Shown: positions 24,901 to 38,055 of the stretch, one piece after another
Numbering within the stretch: the stretch's first letter is position 1
Layout: every line of letters begins with the position of its first letter
NCBI RefSeq assembly: GCF_964355755.1
Contig: NC_092671.1
Coordinates: forward strand, 24,936,070 to 25,000,069
Length of the DNA: 64,000 nt
Origin: Antedon mediterranea
Lineage: Eukaryota > Animalia > Echinodermata
Direction: 5' to 3'
Position numbers and translations under genes: made by a program
The notes under the pieces: model-generated
Told to the model about the DNA's origin: nothing
Databases searched by the model: none
What the model saw: the letters and a program-made list of their open reading frames with translations, nothing else

Positions 24901-27156
24901 CCTTTTGATGTGTGGCTTTGTTAAAAGTTATAAAGACAAACCCGTTTTTGTGACTTTCTGTGTAAAAATAGTTACTTTGAACCTCTTTGTATAGATCAAC
25001 ACACCTCCATATATAATGAAGACCACATCTTGCCAACGTTCAAATTACTTGCGAAAATTTTTATATATTTTGGTTCACAAACTTCATAAACAACAGCTAC
25101 AATATGACGAGGAAAATTAAAATTGAATGTCGCGTAGTTAACCATAAGTGACCGAAGGAGAGGACGTGAGTGCAGAATTTAAATAGGATAGTATACGCAG
25201 CATATGTTGCCGATAACGACATTCACCGCATTAAGAGGCTGTATGCTGATACATATTAGAATCAGGAAACTCCACTTCACCTTGATAGTGAGCTAATATT
25301 GAGATTGTAGCTTGAGTTTAATTTTATAAAGAATGAGATAAAATCCTACATCTTATTTTCAACTATTTTTAAACCACATTACATTGTAGCCTTTTAACAG
25401 CTTTTAACAAAAATTTACCGGTAACTAGATTTGAACTCGTCACTTTGACATGTTTCGGTTATTCACAGAAATGCAACATGCACATATGTTTAAAATATAT
25501 GAACGCTGACAATTATTATGCCATTCTATGACATGAATTAAATATGTTTACAGTGCTGAATTGTACCTATTTTGGGTCACTCAGCATATTACAGTATAAT
25601 ACACTGTATATGTTATATACAGTGTAGCATAGATGAAATTACGAGACCCATCTTTTAATCAAATTTTTAACACGATGACGTTAACAAAATGACAAAAATA
25701 ACAATTTTAGATAATTATCTAAATAATTACATTAATAAAAGTTTGACAAATTTTGGGCACGTAAAAGTGAGATGCGCTGGGGTCACCAGCCATCCCGAGG
25801 AGCTCTAACTGATTAAAAATGGGTTATTTTTGCGCAAATTTGCATTAAATTACCCATTTTTTAGAAAGAAAAAAGAATAAGATAAGTCCGCCAAGTGCGG
25901 ATAACCAAAAAGTCGACTGGTGGACTAGCATAAAAAGAACAGTAACATAGACTTGGGGCAATGCATGCCTGACAGTACTGTACAATGAATTATTATTATT
26001 ATTAATATAACATAACAAATATATACAGTAGAGCTTATTTTTGTCAATTTTGTTTGGTATATTTAATTATAATATTTTTGTTATAGTAGATAGCTATCTT
26101 TGTCTATCTCTGTTTGTTGTTAGTCTTAGATAGTAAATCGTGATAAAACTGTGATTGACAAAGGCATTGCTTGGCTTTTTATAAAGTTTCTTTTAATACA
26201 GGCAATTGTTACACAATACCTACCTTATTGCTACACATTTTTCAAATGGATAATAGGCCTAAACAGAATTAATAAAATACAAAATTTCTACTAAATTGTA
26301 TGAGGCCCATATCACTGGTAAAGAAGAAAATTGTTTGTTTCACATTCAGATTCATGCAGGTATGGCTAATCAAAATGGTTAATGAAAATGTTTCATAATT
26401 AGTCAATGTTTTTCAGTTCTTGGTATCATACCACTGGGTTGTAATCTAAATTAAGTACATTATTTTAATTAATACATGGTTTCTCTTTTTTTGTTTGTGT
26501 ATTATCAACCAACTCTTTCGGTAACTAGTCTCTGTAGTTTGATAGTTAAACTCATTTCTTCATTAAACAGTAGGCCTACATACTGTATAAATAAATATAA
26601 ATATATTAATAATAATGACTTTATTGAACAGACGCTTTTAGAACAGCGGCACACGTTTTATGACGGTGCGTTCATAAGTTTAAAGAAAAAAAAAAAAAGA
26701 AAAGGAAATGAATTATACAATAGTGAAAAAGTACAACACTTAACTTTTGATGGAGTTATAGGCCTATAAGTATATTTAGGTGATCATTTAGAATAAAATG
26801 ATCACCTATTGTTATTGTATGAAATCTTTATTATTATTTTTTTTTTCTTTTTATTGTTTCTGTACACTATTTTGTGTAACAATTATCTCAAAAAGTTTAA
26901 TGTCAATGATTATTATTTATTGTTATTATTATCAAAATTATTAATATCTTATTGTTTAAAGAAATTTTATTTGGCTATTATTGAGGATATTATTAAATTT
27001 ATAATCTTTTATATTATTTATTATTATTTTATTATTTATGTTCTTGTTAATACTGACGTATTATTATTATGAAATTTAATCGTGGTTTGTAATTTATTTA
27101 CAGTGATACTATTTTTATTATTATTTATGTTTGTATTTTATTAACATTTTTATCTT

Positions 27157-27985
27157 AGAACAAGATACAAGATAACTTTATTGTCAAAATTGTTAACAAT
27201 TTCGAGATATGTTTTGTATCTGAGTAGAATAAATAATACGATGTGATAGCTATATAAATAAATACAAATGATACAAGTGACTATCTTGAAAACTTGTTGG
27301 TAAATAAATTGCATGCTATGTACATTGGTGAAAATCTGAAACGGTTTTTGGATATATTTTCCTGTGTCAGTCTAACCCTTCCTGATCTACTTATAATGAT
27401 GTCTGAATGTAATGGGTGTGATGGGTCTTGCATAATTGTGTCAAATTTCTGAAGTATGAATGTATTAAACATTTCATCTAAAGGTTTCACTTCTACACCA
27501 ATAACTCTGCTGGCCTTATTTACTAATCTCTGAATTTGACTTTTACTGTTTACATTGATATGAGAAAACCAAACAATAATACAATAAGAAATGATTGATT
27601 GAACAACAGAGGAATAAAACATATGAATGAGATGAGAACTAACATTAAACCGTTTCATTTTGTATATAAAGTACATTCTCTTATTAGCCTTGGTACGGAG
27701 TTCTTTAGTGTTGCTCTCCCAGTTTAGTTTATTATCAATTATTAATCCCAAGTACTTATGACTTTCTACTATTTCAACAATTTCATTATCAATTTTAATA
27801 TTTACATGATTTGTTTTATTTTTCCTTCTAAAATCGACAATAACCTCTTTAGTTTTTTTGGCATTTAGTTCAAGAAAATTTTGTTTACACCAGACTACAA
27901 ATTGTTCAACATATTCATTAAACAGGGATGTATTATTATTTGAAATTAAACCAACTAGGCAAGTATCATCTGCAAACTTAACATT
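27157..27985 (-). mobile_element. 5'-truncated LINE, Rex1/CR1-group RT C-terminus
   Basis: Uninterrupted frame KFADDTCLVGLI...WCKQNFLELNAKKTKEVIVDFRR...KYLGLIIDNKLNW...DPSHPLH to a stop at 27281; tail aataaag(tatcttg)n. Confidence 0.9.
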
Positions 27986-30900
27986 AAATGATGAACAATT
28001 ATGATTTATGTTTTGAGAGTTATAATGAATATAAATTTTTAAGAAGAAACCTCCATGTAACAGTTAAGTGTTGTTTATTCTGGATGAATTTTCATTTAGT
28101 TCCTAATTTACAAAGGGGGTATGAACAATATTTAAAACCGGAGCGGTATGCAAAATTTACGATGATAATAAATATTTAAAAATTTGTTTTGTATAATAAA
28201 AAAAATTCTGTAGTAAAAGTTATGTAAGATTTTAACACCAAAAGCAGATTGTATAAGGTATATAGATCAGGATACAAATGATTTTACGCAAAAGAGAATC
28301 TTTTCCAAAACTATTTCAGCATAATATGCTCCCATTTATATTAATGTTTTTTTCTTTCATGTCGACAACTGCCTTCAGGTGGTCAATGCTTAAAGTAATT
28401 ATTACTTCTTTTTATCTCCTTTCACACGTTGTCTTTTTTTTATCTTTTTTTTCTAAAGTATAAAATATCTGTTCTATTTTGTTTAATGTGTGGAAAATAA
28501 ATGAAACAAACAAACAAAACAGTTTATAGGAGGAAGCATGTATTCAGGAATTGCAGTAATCCTGGGACCCTATGGCCATTCACCAATCACACTGAATTGT
28601 TATTTCTCTTAAATATCAAGTATTTCATTTAACTTAGGGAATTGTATTCAATAAGATGAGATTTTGTTAAAATGTTATGGTGTATCCCTTATCCTAAGTG
28701 TGAATGGTGAATATAGCCACTGATGTGATGTGATGCCAAAATTCAATGTAGTTTATAAATAGTATCAGAATAACCAAATCTTCTATTTTCATTAACCACA
28801 CCCAATTCTTATAATTATTGCTCTTTTAACTTTTGTAAATATATGTTGTTTGACATTGAAAAAATGTAAACAATTCAGCAACACACATATGTTTTATTTT
28901 GTTTGTATTAAAAAAAACATCTTTGTTTAATATGGTGATACAAGATTCCATTTACAAATATATAGATTACTCTGATTATATAACAAAGTACCACGGAAAT
29001 GCATGTCTCTAGAGGGCACTATATAACTTTAGAATACCATATAAATAATACTTTAGTAAATGCTGATTCATTTTTCATTTTTAACGAAAAATTATAAAAG
29101 TTTGTATTATGTCAGACATTTACTGATTACTAATAACAGGATAAAAGAAGAATAAAAATCATGCTTGAGAGGTAAAAGGAAACAAGAGGTCTCATTAGGA
29201 TGTTGTTACTAATTATTAAATTCTTAGGGGGAAGACTAGCTAAGGTGTGTTGTCACGCCATAATGCATTCACATACTATAAGCTAACATCCTGTTGTTAA
29301 TTCCCCTTCACTAATGTCTATCACCTTCGCAAAATTTAGTTGTTTTAAAATTAAATTATGAAATCCAAATTTTTAACCAACCAGAAACTTTGTACAAGTT
29401 ATGTTGGTTTATGAAGCCTCGGCATTTATAACCACATCTCCTATCACTATATGATATATATTAATTATTATATAATTGTTTTTTATCATGCATTATTTAG
29501 ATAGGGATATTACATTCATGTAAACCATAAATATTGTATAAACTTCTCCAAACATTTGTATAAATAAAAATAATTAAATGTTGTAAGTTTTTATTTTTAT
29601 GTTACTCATTAAATTTTACAATCATACCAAAGGCAATGTCCTACAAATAGATTTGTATTGATTTGCTATTTTAATATTACTCTTAGGGTATTGCATGCAA
29701 CCATATCAATAAATTGTACCATCATACCAAAGGCAAAAAAAGATTTCCTCTCAAAACTCATTTCCGACAGGTGATAGATGCTAAATAATAATTTCATCTT
29801 CAACCTATAAGTAATTCATCTCCCTCTGGCCCCGTGGGTATAAAGCCGATAAATGGCAAATGTTCTGTAAGGTTGCTCTTATAAAATGTCGCCATATTAA
29901 AGAAATTGAATTTAGTTGCGCATTTTCGCATTTTTTGTTTTGCTTTATGTGCATCGAGTGATCATAAACACATACAAATTTCCTAAGCTCTGATTGGTTG
30001 TGGACGGATCAAACTACTATTAATTTCTCTTAAGAAACTTTATTAATTGCAGACTGGAATGAACACACATGCGCACATTAAAGCGGTAAATTACCATTAG
30101 GATACAAAAAATATAATGAATTCAGATGAAGAAAAAAGTGATATTACTCAATCATTTAAATTATGTTAGCATTGATGACATAAATGCCAACAGCCAACTA
30201 CCAAGCAATGGCTAGTTGAATGCTGATGTTACTTTTATGCTACATATTCCTGCAGTGATATATTTCAGTATAAAACGTACATATGGTTACACATATTGCG
30301 TTTGCATGATCACAACTTGTCCTAGTGATGAGGAGGTCAAATACAATTTAGTTTCTTAACTTTCCCTTATATAAATTTACAGAAATATTTTTAAAAAATC
30401 TGTTTTCTCAATGTTCATAGAGGTTATATTTTATTTTATTTTATTTCAACCACATCCAACAGCGAAAAATTGCCAATTACAGGATGCCTTAAAACTCTTT
30501 AGATTTAAATATAGAATTAAAAGCACATTAAAATACAAAACATGAAACATACATACTGTATATTAGTAAATCTCTGTGTTATAATCAATTGTTAAAAATC
30601 TTCAAAAAGTTTTGACCTTTTGAATGTAGTTTACAGGTAAAGTAGTAATTGTATCTATAGAATGATCTCCCACATTCATTTACATTTTCATTGAGTTTAT
30701 GTTGACATTTGAAGGTGATTAATTATTGGCAAACAATGTTTAGGAAAATCTATAGATAACTTAAACTTATATTGAAATATGCATAGTGCTCTAGCCTAAA
30801 GGGGCATGACTGCCAATGGTGGTTTCAGTGTGAAAGACTTCCTATCTCTAACAGGTTGAGTACCTTCCCTTCCCTTTGGGAGTGTTACCCAGAAATCATT

Positions 30901-31991
30901 TAAATACCATTCAGAATAATAAATTCTAGATGACTAAGTAGCCAACAGCAAATCAAGGCGATTAGGAGAATGACCTCTCCACTATGTTATAAAATGTATT
31001 TGTATATAAATAGTAATTTTCAACATAACCACATATATGAGTAAGTTGCCGAGCTGTTAAGAGTGGAACCGTATTCCATAGACCCATGGTAAGGGGTCGC
31101 TGCTCTCTTGCTCCATGGTTTTGGTGGTAGAACAAAGTCTGAAGAATGACTATAAACTGTAGGTCCGGTGTACACAAAATGCATTTTAAAAGAAAGTAGT
31201 ACATCTTGTGAGGCCAATAGGATATTTCGTGAGGCCAATAGGGTATCTCGCACCACTATCGTGGACAGAATTGACATGATGTGACCTTCAGTTGAAAAGT
31301 GTAACATTTACACAAATACAAAATTATAACATAAATTTATTTTTTTTAAATTATAAATATCTTAGTGATACGCAAACAGAGCAAACAAGTTTAATGATGT
31401 ATGGTGCTTTTTTAGCTTTGATTCTACTGAGTTGTTTTTTGCACTCTATAAAGTCTTATAAAATACATTTAAAAGTAATATTTATATGATGGGCGTCATG
31501 GTTTTATTGACAAATCTCAAAAGAACGGTTTATTAAACCAGGTCATTCCTTGTCTTAAATGTACGTTTTATGGTAAATTATGATAAAAAGATACAAACAA
31601 TACTCGCGTTGAATTCCTCTCACAGACTTAGCGTAGCTAGGCTTAGTTTTGTAGGCCTAGCTAGGCTTAGTTTTGTAGGCCTAGCTTGCAAACAGTGGTA
31701 ACGTACGAACATCGTACGCTAGCTATAGGCCTAGCCTGGCGTTGTCTAGTTTCTGCATATTTTCCTTAATACAAATTTGGGATGACCCATTGTTTTTGCT
31801 GAAAATTACAGTTCTTCCATTTGTTTTGCCTCAGTCAGGATTGATTGAAAGTGGGTGCATCACAGAAGCAAAACAAACGTACAATCCACACACAATGCAT
31901 GCTGGAATTTATAGCGGGCCGCTTAAATTATTAGAATTGACTTATATTTCACATTTTTACCATTTAAAAACTAAAAGCCCATAGTATTTAA

Positions 31992-32296
31992 AAATGTATT
32001 GTCCCCCAAAATCATGAAAAATTAAGATTAATAAAATCAGACTTTGAATAGTCCATTTTGCAGTTAATCACTTTTGTAGAAAAAAAATAATGTTTTCACT
32101 TATAAAAAGATAAAATAAACAACAAAAACCCATTGGCCGGCCACCAATTTGACTATTTTTTACTTTAAATTACAGTTTTTTCAACTAAATATTTTTTTTC
32201 GATCCAATTTTTAATCAAAGTGGACAACTATTATCATATGTAACATATTCAACAAAAAAATTGTTACAAATTATTTTTCAGAGAGACAATACATCT
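31992..32296. mobile_element. TTAA-flanked MITE (Kolobok-like RR termini)
   Basis: ttaa|aaatgtattgtccccc ... gagagacaatacatct|ttaa; TIRs match at 13 of 16 positions. Confidence 0.55.
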
Positions 32297-32436
32297 TTAA
32301 ATTTACATAAAATAAATCATGTTTTTGACAAATTAAGAATTCTTACTAATTTCCAAATATAAACGGCAAACTAAATCAACTTTCTCTTACTTTAAACACT
32401 GGCAACTAAAACCATAATATTACAATGAAGGATATT

Positions 32437-32643
32437 AGAGAGGTTTCGCAACGCTACGAATACGATAACGGATACGTCACGCACACATGTATTCGTTTTC
32501 GTAAGCCAGTAAAAATCTGTTTCGCATGGCAACAAAATATTAAGGGTACTTTCCAAAATATGACTGCGGTAAATTTGAACGAAGCGCAGGTACGTGTTGC
32601 TTGGCTGCCTAGGCCTAGCGTAACATAAAAGCGAGTGAGGATT
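32437..32643 (-). mobile_element. Half copy of the 19649-20077 MITE family
   Basis: Reverse complement of about 19868-20077. Confidence 0.8.
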
Positions 32644-33620
32644 CTATTCAGAGGGGCACCTATTATTAAGAGACACTTTCTTGTGAATTGAATGTGAGGA
32701 AATAAATGTTTTAACACCCCTATTAAGCAGACAATGTTTTGGGTCCCAAAAGGTGTCACCTTAATAGGGATTACAGTAGTAATTTGCAAATCATTCTTTA
32801 AGTTTAAAGAAAAATATAATTGAATGCAAATTGGCAATTACAACAATCATTGTACCTATTATGACAATGTCTAAAAATAGAATGAAAGTGCCTTAAAAAG
32901 ACATTGCTGACCAGACACCTCAGTTAAGGATTTTAAAGATTGTTTCTTTTTCATCAGTCATAATATTTCTATTCAGAGATAATCGGATGGTCATTTCTTG
33001 CCCATATTTCATTTTCTTTTTTCATAGGTGATCCTGGCGTGATTCCTGTCTTCTCTTGAGATTAGGCATTTTACAATTAGTATCCTTTTCTAATCCCCAG
33101 AACTGTCTCGTCTTCATATAGCACTGTTCAAATATCTCTATTTAACTCAATAAATTAGCAACTGAACATGACTGACCTCAACTCAAAGTAACGCAAAATA
33201 GGTTGACATAAATGCAGTTGAGTGTCATCAAGTTCTACTCAAAGAATTAAATGTAAATGAAACCTTTAACAAATTAGACACTCATGTGTGGTATGGGTAA
33301 CCAAGACTAATAGCGATTGCTACATATAACAAGCTCATGCACACTGTATGAATCATTGGTTGGTGCGCAGTATTTTAACAAATAGTTACAATTGGATACA
33401 TTGTCGACTTTGTGCTTACAGTTCTGTTAATTTTTATACAGTTTTTGTTCATCATTCTATCAGACTAAGTAATCTTTAATTGAGATGTTTTCTTTAAATT
33501 TCACTTACAGGTAATAAATATTGAAGGATTCCCCTTACGGTATTTCACTAAGTGTTTTACTTGGCCTAAGTGTGAAACCAGCCACAGAGTCAGGGTACAA
33601 TGCTTTTACTTTTTTTCTAG

Positions 33621-33777
33621 GATGGATTGGAATCGTATGGTAGACCATCCATTTTGGAAAGGTCAGTTGATTCCTGGAGGTCAAGGAGAACCACTCCAAG
33701 GAATTAGCAATCATGGGCCAAATCAATCTGATTTAAATAGTAAGGAAAGTGGACAAGCCTCACCAGTAGGTTTAAAG
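33621..33777 (+). CDS. ULK4: ULK4 internal exon (end of kinase domain)
   Basis: ttttctag|...|gtaaac, phase 2-0. RMDWNRMVDHPFWKG... contains the HxFW motif that closes the kinase domain. Confidence 0.92.
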
Positions 33778-35093
33778 GTAAACTTTAATAATAATATAAT
33801 AATTTCATACAGGTTTTTATCTATTTTATCATTTTCTTTTGGATTGAACAGAACCTGCCAATTTCTCCGGGAGCCTGTCGAATTTCATCCAATCTCTCAA
33901 ATATTTATTCAAAATGAGTCCCCGAAATTTTCGTTTTAGATTAAAACATTTTTAAAACAGATGTTTAATGTGTGGTAAACATTGAAATGCTGGTTGTGTA
34001 ATGTTTTGTTATGTGCTTAAAATGCATAAAATATGTCAATACCTCCTAAAATTGTTATCTGGAGGTTGGAACGCGTGTGTTTACAGAATGTACTTTCCAT
34101 CTTTTTGTTAAAAAATGCATTTCAGTTGTCAAACATAAAGACATTCTACATTAAAACGAATTTGATTTAAAATACACTCAAATACAATATGTATAATGTA
34201 TCACTAATTATTTTATCAAGATTCTATTATAGCTCCATCTGTATAGAGTCTATTTACCTTTATGCCAAATATGCATCTTTATCGTTTTAAGAATTACATA
34301 ATTATATATACTATTATACTTTTAAAAGGAGGAGAAATTACAATAATGGTGGGTGATTCCCACGAAAGATAAAAAAAATTAAAATAAAATACACTCAAAA
34401 TACTAGAAAATTGCAGGGAAGAAAATATTATACTGTAGTGGAAAAAAACAGGTTTATAGTGAATAAACTAATATTTGTTTTAGTAAACCAGCAGATGAAG
34501 CATGGTTAAGCATTGAAAATAACTGTATAGCTTATTATATTTTTTTTCTTAAATGTTTACAATTTTTGCCTGTGGTAAAATACAGGTATTGAAGGATTAT
34601 TATCTATACCCTATCCTGTGTAATTAAACTCTCATTAGCCGCTATTTGAACCCATTTGTATGACATTCAAGTTCTTTAGTTTAAAACATTTTGACTTTTT
34701 CCCCTAGGATATTATTCCTGTTAAATTGTTGTCATTTATTATTTATTCCGTTTTCTTCCACTTCCAAATACAAAATGTAAAAAACTTTTTTAAATTATCT
34801 TCGTATAAAAATCAAATTATTAAAAATATTTTTCTATTGTTAGTTTTTTGTAAAATTTTATTTTCTATTTCTAGTTCAAATATACTACTAATATTAATAA
34901 TAATAAGTTATAACATGATAAAAATGTATATATTTGTTTCAATGATTCATAAATAAGCGGTCACCTGAAAGTACTTTATATAAAAATATATAACATAAAA
35001 TATCGTAAAATTTAAAGCAAAAATGAACACCAGAATCCTTTTCGAAAAATATTACAAGTTTTAGATGAGAATTTAGTTGTGTTATTAGGATAT

Positions 35094-35294
35094 ATGTAAG
35101 TTTGCGGTACATCACGTATGTTAGTTCTGAAAAGAACTGTTGAGTTTCTCGGCGTTTCTCATTTCTGAGGACGATCAAAGCATATTGATCGAAACATCGA
35201 GAAACTCAACAGTTCTTTTCAGAACTAACATACGTGGTGTACCGCAAACTTATATTAACATTTGATTTCGCCATGCAAATCTTCAAACAATATG
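35094..35294 (+). mobile_element. Penelope-like element pLTR remnant: inverted 65-bp arms around a hammerhead, plus a ~40-nt tail
   Basis: Arms 35094-35158 and 35191-35255 are reverse complements at 61 of 65 positions; a hammerhead core lies between and overlaps the right arm. Confidence 0.75.
35165..35204 (+). ncRNA. Minimal hammerhead ribozyme motif (PLE-type)
   Basis: CTGAGGA-c-gatcaa-agcata-ttgatc-GAAA-catc. The two arms (gaaacatc and gaaacgcc) imply an ancestral GAAACGTC. Confidence 0.7.
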
Positions 35295-35379
35295 TTATTA
35301 GGGTAACTTTCCTAAACTAAAATGTATGATCAGAGAAAAGATTCATCAGGTTTGTTTGAAATCCAGAAAAGTGAATTAG

Positions 35380-35702
35380 TTTGTCAAAACCAAATTGTTT
35401 ACTTACGATTAATATTTCGTCTCAACACTTCGGGAGACTTCATCAGAATGACCATCCGATCTTCTTTTCCGAGAAATCGATCCACTGTGACGTAAAGCCG
35501 TAGACTCTTTCGCAGTCGTAGATTTCTTGGAAAAGGGTGTTAAAAGAGGATCGTAAACGTGACTTAGAAAATAGGTGCCCTCCTCTCTGTTGAGTGTCTT
35601 TTTGCACCTCCATCTGATCTCTATGGCTTCTCTGATTTCACGTGACTTTTTGTCACGTTCTTTTCCAAGGATTTTGGGTTCCTCTCAGTTAATAACATGG
35701 TT
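35380..35702 (-). mobile_element. 3' fragment of a Penelope-like retroelement (GIY-YIG C-terminus and pLTR)
   Basis: Minus frame NHVIN*EEPKILGKERDKKSREIREAIEIR...LNREEGTYFLSHVYDPLL fits the PLE H.I.W...IL..E....R...EA..I....LNRD.G pattern. Confidence 0.85.
35408..35449 (-). ncRNA. Minimal hammerhead ribozyme motif in the PLE pLTR
   Basis: att-CTGATGA-a-gtctc-loop-gagac-GAAA-tat-t-aat, with a palindromic ATAT stem III. Confidence 0.65.
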
Positions 35703-35761
35703 AATAATAATAGCAACTAATTCACTTCTCTAAAATGTATGAAATGAATTTATTCTTTCAG

Positions 35762-35922
35762 AAAGTAAACCTTGTATCCATGACATCAGATCTAAGTTCT
35801 AAAGAGAACTTGAGAATGTCCAGTCCTAGCAAATTGAACAGTTCCTTACAAGGCAGTATGGTAGCTAGACCTCAGACTTCACCAGACTTAACAGCAACTA
35901 AACAAGCGCAGTTTACTCTAAG
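35762..35922 (+). CDS. ULK4: ULK4 internal exon (S/T-rich linker)
   Basis: ctttcag|...|gtatta; phase 0-2 bridges the neighbouring exons exactly. KVNLVSMTSD...ARPQTSPD...QFTLS. Confidence 0.85.
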
Positions 35923-36319
35923 GTATTATGGTAATACAAAAAATAGCATTAAAAATGTTCAGCAAACGTTTTGAAAAGGATTTTTATGATACTGTCAGCA
36001 TTTTTTGTAGAATCTAATAAACCACTGCCGATCAAGACTTTTACAGTACGTATTAATATTATGTAATGAAGTTGAAATAAATCAAATAGAAGATTAAGAG
36101 GATCTACTGGAGATACAAATAAAATAAGCAAAAACCTAAATCAAAAGAATAAAGTAAAACAGCCAGAAAGAAATAGAGGCTAACACTTAACATTACTTAA
36201 ATTTGTTTGTTTCAGAAGAATGAGAGAATATGTACTTGAGTTCCTGTAGTTGTTAAACATAAAGTTCAATGGTATTATTATTTTCTTTAAATAATGTTTA
36301 TTATTTTATTACAATACAG

Positions 36320-36542
36320 TGCTAGACCAAGAAGTTCCATGACAATGCTAGAAGACAATGATGACAACATTTCAAAATCAACAAGAAAATCGACAAAAAA
36401 CAGCAAACTAAAAAGCAAGCAAGCAGGAACTAAGCTCCGTGGAGAGTCACGAAAACAAGTTGAAGATGAAGCAAATGAAACCAAGGAATTGATGTTTCAA
36501 GTTTGGGATTTGTCAGTTACACCGATTATTGATAACCCTAAG
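36320..36542 (+). CDS. ULK4: ULK4 internal exon
   Basis: cag|...|gt, phase 2-0. Ends in DLSVTPIIDNPK, the conserved ULK4/RUNKEL-type VTPIIDNPK motif. Confidence 0.95.
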
Positions 36543-36988
36543 GTTTGATGCATTATTTTTAATAGCAAGTATACCCGCCCCAGAGCGGGTTTCAAATGTA
36601 ATTGAAAACGTCAAAATTGAGATTTGACGACCCAACAAATGCAAACTCGTTTATTTCTTATACCAAGCTGCACCCACCAAACAAGTTTGAAGATTTTGTA
36701 AATTGTAACACAATGCTTTTCAATATTGTAGATCATGGAAGTCAATGAATTCTACTACACACAGAAAATGTGTTACAGGCCTAATACAATATTGTGTATA
36801 TATGCATGTTGAGGGGCGTTTGTTCGAGAAAATAAATAAATAAACACCCTCTTTATTTCAAATGATGTTTTTTTGTTGTTATTAAAAGCGGGCTGTTTAT
36901 TTAAATAGGTCATGACACCTTTCATGACATTTTTATTACTTTAATTCAGGCCTTTTGTATATTTTCTTACATATATAATTTTTAACAG

Positions 36989-37234
36989 ATCCTAAAACCA
37001 GCACCTCTAAAATATGATGCCAAAACTCTTCCCTTTACCTGTCACTCACCGGAACGATGTGTGAAGCTTAACAAGAAAGAACTGACTGAGCATTTCAACG
37101 CTATACATGAAGCACTTGTTAAAGAAAATGACAAGTCTGCTTCAGGTCAGAGGGTAAAAGTTCAGATGCTAAACTATCTTGGCACCCTAGCCTCCACTAC
37201 TGAACTGAATCAAGAAATACTAAAATCAAAACTG
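36989..37234 (+). CDS. ULK4: ULK4 internal exon
   Basis: cag|...|gtatgt, phase 0-0. ILKPAPLKYDAKTLPF...KVQMLNYLGTLAS...ILKSKL. Confidence 0.93.
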
Positions 37235-38008
37235 GTATGTTTATTGACACTTTGATTTTAGTAGGACCAAGAGTTTTATGTAAAATCTGTGGAATCAAGG
37301 TTGACCATAGTCTGACCCCCAACACACAGTGGAAGCATGGAGGTAACAAATTTACCTCCATGGTGGAAGCTACTGTATAGCTACAGTTTTACATACAGCT
37401 AGATTTAAAAAGATGCACACTTTTTATGAATGGAAAATACTATATACAGAAAACAACATTTAGTGTATGTATTAATTGCAAAATAATCATCAATCATGGT
37501 ATGCGTACATAAAATCCAGGGAACATAAAAGAAGTTAAATATTTAATTTGTAGGTCCCACTATTATATACAAGGTCACTCCAAAACGTTTGAGAATTGAA
37601 ATTGGAACACAACTTTTTGTTAACAGAGTGATCTTTTTGAAACAGCCTTATGGAAGAAATTGTGTCTGTACCATGTGTGGCATCTTTTTTTTTGCCTATT
37701 TTGTTATCATGTATTGTGTCATTACCAGAATGGCAAGAGGTTTATGTGGTTGTTTTGTGTGTTTGTTATTTTCTATATATTAGTTAGCAGGATTAATAGT
37801 TTTCATGAGATTTTAGAGCATGGTTTCATAGCTGTATGGAAACAAAATCATTCAATTGTTATATTCTAGTTATGTTATGTTGTTATTATGTTAAAATGAA
37901 TAAAATCTGTAAAATAAATAAAAAAATGTGGCATCTTGAAGAAAAGTTGAGGGCCCTACCACAGGAAAAAAGCTTATTGAATGAGTTTATTGTGGTTTTT
38001 TTTTATAG

Positions 38009-38055
38009 AGAGTATTGTTGCAACAACTTTTAAAGGCTAACAATGCTTTGGAAAT
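38009..38055 (+). CDS. ULK4: ULK4 short internal exon (47 nt)
   Basis: T-rich tract + tag|...|gtaagt, phase 0-2. RVLLQQLLKANNALEI resembles ULK4 QLLIQHLRIAPNWDI and is needed for phase continuity. Confidence 0.85.
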
